DNA from: Octopus vulgaris
Taxonomy: Eukaryota
Direction of reading: 5' to 3'
DNA: 64,000 nucleotides
Assembly (NCBI GenBank): GCA_951406725.2
Contig: OX597823.1
Coordinates: forward strand, 45,012,001 to 45,076,000
Positions 54,749 to 64,000 of the stretch are shown here, in pieces. The position numbers and the translations under genes are program-made. The notes beneath the pieces were generated by a model, which saw only the letters and a program-made list of their open reading frames with translations, was not told the DNA's origin and did not search any database. How positions within the stretch are numbered: position 1 is the stretch's first letter; each line of letters begins with the position of its first letter.

Positions 54749-54954
54749 TCTGTTTGTTATGTTGTGTAAAATTTTCCATTTGTTGTGTTATTGTTAAATT
54801 TATATATATATATATACACAGATACATACACATATATATATATATATATGTTTGTGAGTATGTATGTATGTATGCATGTATGTATCTGTGTATATATATA
54901 TAAATTTAACAATAACACAACAAACGGAAAATTTTACAAAACATAACAAACAGA
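54749..54954. repeat. Near-perfect inverted repeat, about 80-nt arms
   Basis: tctgtttgttatgttgtgtaaaattttccatttgttgtgttattgttaaattta.. versus ..taaatttaacaataacacaacaaacggaaaattttacaaaacataacaaacaga. Confidence 0.9.
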
Positions 54955-55741
54955 AAATTCGTAGCTTATTCATCGTCAGACATCCAAAAGATCATTACAA
55001 TTTCGTGCATTCAACATTGATATTGTTCTTTTGGTGGCGCCTGTGGCAAAACACCACTGGAAGTAGCTAACAAATGTACAGGACAATGACAAGAACAAAC
55101 ACAACATAATGAAACACATATACAACAAAAAAAGCCATGCAGCTGCAAGACAGACATGTAGTAATGTAAAGGAAAGCGAAAGTGTCCTGTAGTACTGGAG
55201 TCAAGAACAGGACAGACAGAAAGTCAGAACAAAGAAAGAAGTAAAGTATTAGGGAGGGAACACATACACACATTTATATATGTATATATGTATTTATGCA
55301 TCATGTATGCATATTCAAAGCAAAGCATTAGCGATTGTTTATAAAATAGTTAGCTATGCCATCTTATGTATATTTCAGTAACATAAAAATCATTATTAGT
55401 TACATAATGCAAATTACATAATCAAGCCTTATGGTCAAATCATCAGAGATGTGTAATGTTTATATGTAACATTATTGGATTGAAAAGCTGTTGACCAAAT
55501 TCACCACCGTGGAAATGACAAGCAACTCTATGTACGTATGTGTGTATGTGTGTATATATATGTATGTATATATATATATACATGTGTGTATTTTCCCTTG
55601 TTAACAATTAGCATGGAAAAAATATATAAATAGTTACTAGGGTAGCAAAAAATCACACGAGTAAAAAAGTTGTATCTCCTTGTTTTTAAAGGTAGAAACT
55701 TCGGGTTTACATGAAGTATTTTGTATAATATAAATAAATTA

Positions 55742-55918
55742 ATAAATGGAGTTAAACACAGGTGTTATTCAAAGTCTTTTACTTCTGACACATGTTTCAA
55801 ATATATCACTGGTATTATGCCATAGGAATGAAATGGTGTAAAACAGAGTAATCTTATCTTCAGGAAAGAGAAGATTACATTGTTTTACACCATTTCAATA
55901 ACACCTGCATTGAACTCC

Positions 55919-55924
<6 letters not shown>
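55742..55924. repeat. Nested inverted repeats around a hammerhead-like motif
   Basis: Outer ataaatggagtt..caggtgttatt / aataacacctg..aactccatttat; inner tgaaatggtgtaaaaca..gtaatct / agattac..tgttttacaccatttca. Confidence 0.8.
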
Positions 55925-55989
<65 letters not shown>

Positions 55990-55991
<2 letters not shown>

Positions 55992-56289
55992 TTACCTTGA
56001 GAGTTGTGGCCTTGTGGAGCACTGCTGTTGGCTTTTTCTACACCTCCACTACATGGAACCTCCTCTGATACTGGGCATTTGGTGAATGAAGGAATTTCAT
56101 GCTACTGCCTTTATCTGCATTTCCTGCCATGAGATAGGCTCATCTAGAACTTTTGACAGTGGGAGATCCAGTTCTGCTTTGAAGACACCTGCATCCATCT
56201 CATGCAGGTTTCTTAGGCTTTTGGGAGGATATTGAATATCTGTGGGTCCTTGAAACCCAAGCTGTTGCAGTATCTGGTCCTGTACCTTG

Positions 56290-56290
<1 letters not shown>
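55990..56290 (-). mobile_element. CR1/L2-type LINE 3' end
   Basis: RTRYCNSLGFK.PQIFNILPKSLRNLH..VFKAELDL.LSKVLDEP..NS..HQ (one frameshift). Confidence 0.72.
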
Positions 56291-56330
<40 letters not shown>

Positions 56331-56881
56331 CTAGCTTAAAAGCTGCCCTAGCTTATGAAGGCCTGAAACCTCTCATAGTGTGACCAAATGTCCAACGAGC
56401 TTTTGGACATATTTCAGCCATCACTACTGTTGTTATTCAATACAGGATCAACTTAGCTAATCACCGTTATCATGCTGAATACTTGACTAAATTATGGGAA
56501 CTTTAACACCTTAACAGAACACCAAAATCACTCAACTACATTGATTTTATAAGCAAACACACAACATGGACCTGAGGGCCTACAAAGCCAATGAGACACT
56601 CAGTTTCTTGATGCAGCATGGGGAAACACCTCATTTGTGTCCACTAGTTAATGAAGAAGAATGATTATTCCTAAGAATTTCTACTGATGACAATCTCCAC
56701 ATTAAGATCCTCAGAGTACCTACAAATTCACTACAGATGCTGTCACAATCACAACCTCTGATGACGTACCTATAGATCACACACACACACCATTACAAAT
56801 ATTTTATTATAAAAATCATCTTTCTCTCCAAGGCCAGAAACTGTATAATCGTGTGTGTGTGTGTGTGAGTCAGCATACCTG

Positions 56882-56954
<73 letters not shown>

Positions 56955-57359
56955 TTGAATTCATGTGTGAGTGATGTTTGTATATATATATATATTATCA
57001 TTATTTTCTTCATCATATTAATATCCATAAGTTGAATGGAATGGAAGGGTGCCACCAACCCCAACCTGTTTCCAAGTAAGATAATATTTCTCTGTGCCAA
57101 ACATTTTTTGTAGAAGATTGAAAACTGAAAATGAAAGGCATAACTTGTTTGATGGTGATGCTCATTTACAACTATCACCCAATGCCCCAACTATCACCAA
57201 ACACGCATAAACAAACAGCCTAGTACACACATATGCATCACACACACACACAGATGGCTGATGAATGCATGGATGGATGGATGGATGGACGGACAGACAG
57301 ATGGATGGATATACAGATAGATGGATGAATAGATGGATAGATAGAGGGATAGATAGATA

Positions 57360-57508
57360 TGATGGTCTTTTTCCACCTACTAAATACACTCATATGGTTT
57401 TGGTTGGCTCAGGGCAATAGTAGAAGATGCTTGCCCAAGGTTCCACACAGTAGGAGTGAATCTGAAACCATGACGATGGTAACTGAACTTTGTTATCAGA
57501 CAACCATG
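57360..57508 (-). mobile_element. SINE family A, decayed 5' half
   Basis: ttccacctactaaatacactca...cttgcccaaggttccacacagt matches the family A body. Confidence 0.65.
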
Positions 57509-57556
57509 CTATATATGTACATATATATATATATTAACTATATGTATGTATGTATG

Positions 57557-57589
<33 letters not shown>

Positions 57590-60271
57590 GTGTATGTATG
57601 TATGTATGTGTGTGTATATATCCATTTTACTATGCATGTTTAATGAAGGCTAAGTGTTTGCTACAATTAAAATTGCTTTATTAAACTACATGTAAATCTG
57701 CTCAATACATTTAATTCTCAACACATGAATAGAATATCGATTTCTCTTGCAAGAATATTTTAAACAATATAATAAAATTGAAAATACACAAGACACTGTT
57801 GGATTAATAAGAACTAGTAGTATCTTTCAGTGAGAATAATGAAGTTTTCTTGAAATGTTAGTGTTAATGGCAGCAAATGATAATTTAGAATTTAAAATTC
57901 TATCAGAAAATATATAAAAACAAGACTAATTCTGAGAAATAATTATATGTTTATTCAAAGATCTGAGTGAACATTTTGATAGAAAATTGAAGGTTTGTTC
58001 CTTCAGAATATATTGGCTTTAAAAATTAGCTCATTACATGTACATTTTATTTCTTTGGTGAACAAATCCTTGAAGTGTGCAAGCATGCTTTTGATAAGTA
58101 ATGTTATAATTATATTTATTCACACTCATATATGCATGCACACACACACACGTGTGTGTGTGTGTGTAAGTCTGTGGATATGGAAAAAAAATGGATCCTC
58201 TGTTAACTTTGACTGGGAATTCCAGATGAATTGATTGCTAATTAATTTAAAGTGGTTGAGTAGCCATTGACACTTGTTCCCTTAATGAAGTTTTAGTGCA
58301 ACACTGTGTATAATAAGGTTGGCCCTTTGAATTACTGGCTCATTTCACTTGTAGCAATCGGATTTGATCTTGTGTTTTACCACAAAGAAATCACAATTCA
58401 ATCATGTGTGCAAACCCACTTGTTATATCCAATTAATTGCTGTTGTTCACATGATAGTTTAGTGGCTCATCTAGACTTTCTGTGAACACAGCTTATAAAT
58501 ATAGTCACATTTGCCACCAATTTCACAGTGTCATAGATGTCAGAGCTGCCAGGACATTTTTATACTTTCACCTCCTTCAGCATTTTCTCTCTTTATAGCT
58601 GTTTTTCACAGCTACATATTCAACCTGGAACAACTTAAGAAGAAGACACACCATGGCACTATGAATATGTATTTAATAGGTAAAAGTTAGCCTAATTGTT
58701 GAACTCCCAACAATGATTTCCTGCACTTGTCATATATGTTGTTTTATCTGAATATTTTTTGCTTGTATTGCATGAGTACTTTTTCTATTAATGTAACAGT
58801 AAATCATGTTCTAAAGCATAGAGAAACCTGCCTACCCCATTTCATACACAAGTCTTGAGGTTACCCAATACTATAGAAAAAAGATACTGATCAAGATGCC
58901 ATACAACACAGTTGAACTGAGGATCACATGTTTTCAAAGCAAAGTTCTTAAGTGTCGATATATGTACACATGCATGTGTATACACACATTTAAAATAATT
59001 ATATTCTTGCATGTATGTAGATATGATAGATATATGTATGCATATGTGTATTGTATATATGCTTGTGTGCATGCATATGTATACAGGGGTTGTACAAAAT
59101 AATGGAAACACCTTCAAATTTCAAACAAAGCTTGAAAATAGATTGGATCAGTCAGTATAGCATTCAAACGACACTTGTACAACTACAGGTCCTCCTTCAG
59201 GGTCCCAGAAAGATGATTCATCACATCCCTGGCCCGCTATGTGTGGCAATTCAAAGATCAAGGGACTTCATATGATATCAAGTGGAAGATCTTAGAAAGG
59301 CTGGGCCCCTACATCAATAGAGAAGATGTTGCAAGCTATGTATAGCTGAGTGAGCCAGGATACTTAAAAACTCCCTGATACCTGGATCATTAAATACTCT
59401 CCAAGAAATCTTTACACCATGCATCCATTTCATGCACTACTTGCTGCAGCGTGGAATTCCCTGTTTGCTGATTAAGCCTGGAAGAGTCCTTGTGATCCAT
59501 TAGCAGACCAAGGGATAGATCCCTTATTCCCCATCTCCATACAGCTGGCCTTACTATCACCGGACCTTTTATTCTCTGATGACTTTTTGACCATTGACTG
59601 TAACAACTGTCCACCTCCAAGAGGTGAAGAGTTAAATTTGTCTTCAGACTAGAATCTGATGAATCATCCACGAAGCTATGGCTTTCATGGATGTGAAACC
59701 ATTGGTCACACTATGACCAGACACTAATTTTATTACTTTAATATATATATATATATATATAACTGAGCTAAATGCAGCAAAAAATAAAGTAATGGTCATC
59801 ACTACTCTAGTTGTCCCTATAATAATCCATAAATAACTTATTCTTTTCTGAATGCTTAATGAAATAGCAAGACAAAATCGTGTAGCAAGAAAAATAATGC
59901 CTTTAAGTAGAATACACTTGAAATCTGACATAGAAAGATTATGCTTAATGTAAATATAGAGAGTATGTATCTTATGCAACTAGAAAACAGTTCTGAAATA
60001 TCCACTTTAGGACTTCAAAAAATAGCATGTAAAAAATTAATAGAAAATTAATACAAATAAGTATAAAACACAAACAAAATAAATATCTGCTTTCTGTATT
60101 CATGGCAGCTTACAAATTCAGCTCAGTGACTGAAATGACAAATAGTTGAGTAGAAAGAAGGAACAATAGAAACAGTTACAAATGCAGAAATAGCATGCCA
60201 TAATAGCATGCCATAATAAACTAAATAAAAAATCTGCTCATATAAGGCCAATAACTGACAAATATTGAACA

Positions 60272-60312
<41 letters not shown>

Positions 60313-60319
60313 GGGTACA

Positions 60320-60720
60320 ACTTTAGCTGAGAATGCAGTATTCAAAGTTGAGACAAAAGATTCTTGATTGTGTTACTGGATCAAAGTTAGAATTACCAAA
60401 ATCAAGCAAAAGAAGCAGAATATATTGTGTATATTCAGTTTGTAGATGTTGGAAAGAAAAACTGGCTGATGCTATTAGTGTCTGAGGTAACAAAGAATGC
60501 CTTTATAGATGTAACAAAGTTGAGTGCTTTCGTATATTGGAAATTCTGCCAGCATTATGAAATATCAACAAAAAGAGGTGCTATAAACATGCACCAAAAA
60601 TGGATTTTAGAAAAAGACAAAGTGATCATAAACTGGAATATGACAAGACGCAAGAGATGGAGAGAGTAAAGCTAATCAACTTGACATTGTTGTGAAGGAT
60701 CACAACAATTTCAACAGATG
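60320..60720 (+). mobile_element. Decayed R4/Dong-like REL fragment of another family
   Basis: RCNKV (decayed RHNKV), VYWKFCQHY, ILEKDKVIINW, KANQLDIVVKD (decayed NRPDIV). Confidence 0.6.
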
Positions 60721-61049
60721 ATAAAGTATACCAAAAAGTAATGAAAAATATCTAAATATAAAGATGTGGAAATAGAGATTATCAAAATGTGGGGACTGAA
60801 ATAGGGACAATCCTAATAATATTGTCATGAGTATGATTAAAGTGATGAAGGAAAGCCATAACCAAAACTCCAGGATTAACACATTTATACAACACATAGA
60901 AAATGGTTCTGTTACGTTTGGCATACATATTTTTAGAGTATTTTTGATACATTAGGAAAATGAAATAATATACATTCCCATGACACACAGCCATGTATTT
61001 AGTAATGCTGCAAAGCATGCAAATAAGAATAGCAATAAGAATAGTAGTG

Positions 61050-61407
61050 CAGTTCTATATTTAAGAGATGAGAAATTATGTACATTATTTACATTATTTA
61101 CATTCGACGGGCATATGGCGTAGTGGTTAAGAGCGCTGGCTACTAACCCCAAGATTCCGAGTTTGATTCCAAGCAGTGACCTGAACAATAACAATGATAT
61201 TATTAATAATAATAATAATAATGATGATGATGATAATGATAATAATAATAATAATATCGAAAAATACCTTAGGAATGAGAACCCAGGTTCGAAATTTCCT
61301 TAAGACACCTGAAGAAGGCTGGAGGGTATATCAGCTGAAACGTGTTAACAACAAACAAGATGAGGACAAATACCCGTTGAATGTAAATAATGTAAATGAT
61401 GTAAACA
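61050..61407 (+). mobile_element. tRNA-headed SINE with hammerhead-like Penelope-type tail and an inverted tail copy at its 5' end
   Basis: A box 61116-61126, B box 61161-61170, (AAT)n, CTGAAGA..GAAAC 61309-61341; 61080-61111 is the inverse of 61372-61403; 13-bp TSD (12/13 match). Confidence 0.82.
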
Positions 61408-61420
61408 AAGAATAGTATTG

Positions 61421-61633
61421 TTTTCAAATTTTGGCATAAGACCAGCAAATCTATGGGGAGGGAAATAGTTGATTACATCAACCTCAGTGCTTAACTGGTA
61501 CTTATTTTATCAACCCCAAAAGGATGAAAGGCAAAGTTGATCTTGGTAGAATTTGAACTCAGAAAGTCAAGCCGGATGAAATGCTGATAAGCATTTCACC
61601 CAGTGTGCTAACGTTTCTGCCAGCTCACTGCCT
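61421..61633 (-). mobile_element. SINE family B
   Basis: Reverse complement of family B, ending ttctgccagctcactgcctt. Confidence 0.85.
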
Positions 61634-61737
61634 TCCATCCTATATTGATAATGAGTTTATGTATTTGCCACAAGGGCGAAGGATGAGGAGGACAATACAG
61701 AGACAGATATAATGAAATGATACAAAAAATTTTTTTT

Positions 61738-62190
61738 TTACTCTTACTCTTACTCTTTACTCTTTTACTTGTTTCAGTCATTTGGCTGCGGCCATGCTGG
61801 AGCACTGCCTTTAGTCGAGCAAATCGACCCCGGACTTATTCTTTGTAAGCCCAGTACTTATTCTATCGGTCTCTTTTGCCGAACCGCTAAGTGACGGGGA
61901 CGTAAACACACTAGCATCGGTTGTCAAGCAATGCTAGGGGGACAGACACAGACACACAAACACACACACACACATATATACATATATATACATATATACA
62001 CAAACATACATATATATATATATATATTTATATACATATATACGACAGGCTTCTTTCAGTTTCCGTCTACCAAATCCACTCACAAGGCATTGGTCGGCCC
62101 GGGGCTATAGCAGAAGACACTTGCCCAAGATGCCACGCAGTGGGACTGAACCCGGAACCATGCTACTTACCACACAGCCACTCCTGCGCC
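61738..62190 (-). mobile_element. SINE family A, young full-length copy
   Basis: CpGs intact; head ggcgcaggagtggctgtgtggtaag..ggttccgggttcagtccc; repeated gagtaa(aa) tail. Confidence 0.9.
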
Positions 62191-62238
62191 TTTTAATAAA
62201 TAAAATTAAATTAAAAAATAAAGTATACTACTTTTATT

Positions 62239-62720
62239 AAGGCAGTGAAAGTTGGTGAGCTGGCAGAACTGTTAGCATGCTGGGGGAAATGCTGAGTGGC
62301 ATTTTGACTGTCTTTATGTTCTAAGTTCAAATTCCCTTGAGGCTGACTTTGCCTTTCATCCTTTTGGGGTTGATAAATTAAATGTGGATTCAAAATAAAG
62401 GCACCTACCTTCTCTTCGCTCAGACGGAGACCCTTCAACGGTAATGGATCCTTCAACACAGCCTGACCCGAACACTAGAAATAGCAGCTGCTTCTCCCAA
62501 CCTTAACAACGTGCTGACCCGTCTTACTCGCTCGGCGACCTCGATCGAAAAGACAGAATTCTGCCCTCCCTGCGCGCGCGTCACTGTTACCCCTTCCGGT
62601 CAGCTCCCCAGCTGCTGACGTCATCCCACATTAAATACATGTGAAACACTATGGTTGATATAATCAATTAGTCCCCTACCCCCAAATTTCAGGCCTTGTG
62701 CCATTTGTAGAAAGGATTGT
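62239..62720 (+). mobile_element. SINE family B split by a solo LTR
   Basis: The 5' part to 62382 and the 3' part from 62631 join into a normal family B copy. Confidence 0.85.
62383..62630. mobile_element. Solo LTR (248 bp)
   Basis: TG...CA termini with short inverted ends TGTGGAT/ATCCCACA; exact 5-bp TSD TTAAA (62378-62382, 62631-62635); GC/CpG-rich; interrupts a SINE. Confidence 0.85.
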
Positions 62721-63817
62721 TGACATAGGATGAGAAATGAGACCTGTCAAATGATAGATAAACTGTGAGGTATCAAAAGTTAGCCAACTGCTTGTATATA
62801 ACCATGTGGATATATATATTTGTGTGTGCATGGCTAGTGACATGTGTTTTATTTGAGAAAGGCCTGGAAAAAGCCTCATCTCCACAACTTTTAAAATGGT
62901 AGTAGCAGATCAGTGGAGGTAAGTGACAAAGGTGACACCCCCATCATGCTGGACTAAGAGTTATGATGTCAGACAAACATTTAGCATGAAATTTTATGGC
63001 CTAGGCTATACATTAAGTTAGATGGCACTGCAAAGGATCCCTTTTTGCCATTTTGACCATCTCTGACATTCTTAGGCAAGATCAATTGTCTTGACTTTGT
63101 TTTGCCACTGGACATTTTTTTTAAGAATAAGTGAAGTGAGTTTTATGTGTGCAAAGTTCTTTTCCGCTGTAAAAATAAACAAAATATAAGTAAAAAAAGA
63201 AAAGAAACAAAAAAAGAACTCGTCCTAGTCTGGCATCTTCCTCTGCAGTTGCTAAGTCATCATCAAATTAAATGGTTGAGCTATCATTTTTGGCTCTACT
63301 GTGTGTACACTGTTATTAAAATAGATGAACTAGAATTAAAACGCACCAGCTGCACAAAACAATTTCAAATTAGCATAAATATTCATGAAGAAAATGAAGA
63401 GATGAGTTTAAGAAATCAGACAAGAACTATACAATATAGACAAAATATATTGATTTTTATAATCGATATCAGACCTCACATTTGAAGGGAAGGAACAGTT
63501 GATTATAACAACCTTTGTATTTAAGAGATGAAAGGACAAAGTTGACTCTAACAGAGTTTGGACTCAATATATGAAGGAGCAACTTTCCACTGATTACTCA
63601 TATACAATATTTTTCTCTGTTTATGTTTTATCTAAATGAAAGTCTATTTCTAATTACTTTCTACACTTGCAGCCTCCCTGTTTATCTGTCTGAAGTCAAA
63701 AGACACTCTCTTTGTTTATAATCCATATATCTCTGTGATTCTTGTTCTAGTCTTATGTCTCTGAACTGAGTGTTTTCAGTTTTAAAATTTGGCTTTGCTT
63801 TGTTTTCATCCTAGTAA

Positions 63818-64000
63818 CTTTTACTCTTTTACTTGTTTCAGTCATTTTGCCTGCGGCCATGCTGGCGCACCACCTTTAGTCAAAGGAATCGACCCCCAAG
63901 ACTTATTCTTTGTAAGCCTAGTACTTATTCTATCGATCTCTTTTGCTGAACCGTTAAGTTACGGGGACGTAAATACACCAGCATCGGTTGTCAAGCGATG
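63818..64000 (-). mobile_element. SINE family A 3' part, cut by window edge
   Basis: Near-identical to 61755-61932. Confidence 0.88.

Noticed and set aside
54955-54995. CTGACGA on minus strand (also CTGATGA near 56685, 56758, 59656)
   Set aside because: No properly placed stem II plus GAAA; the heptamer alone is expected by chance.
61109-61181. tRNA-like sequence (also 40680-40752)
   Set aside because: Stems are broken and it continues into a repeat body; SINE heads, not tRNA genes.

Overview
AT-rich, microsatellite-dense eukaryotic DNA. The SINE repertoire looks like an octopus/coleoid cephalopod genome (recognition from memory, not a database result). The only host coding sequence I can support is the 35-nt first coding exon of a syntaxin-6 gene (44127-44161, minus strand, MPLEDPFFVVR + GA|gtgagt), which is absent from the ORF track. 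It sits in a CpG-retaining promoter/first-intron zone with ETS and YY1-like motifs. I found no further STX6 exon, so about 1-44126 is probably one very long intron and 44.5-64 kb is upstream DNA. The rest is transposon debris: several tRNA-SINE families; RTE, R4/Dong-type (REL endonuclease) and CR1/L2-type LINE remnants; piggyBac, hAT and Tc1/mariner non-autonomous elements; and a young solo LTR. Almost all listed ORFs are microsatellite or chance artefacts. The most interesting signal is a set of short Penelope-like elements carrying hammerhead-ribozyme-shaped motifs. One is a TSD-flanked chimera at 61050-61407: inverted tail + tRNA head + hammerhead. A second two-copy family has a variant CUGU(A/G)GA core. 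TE boundaries are approximate unless TIR/TSD positions are given.
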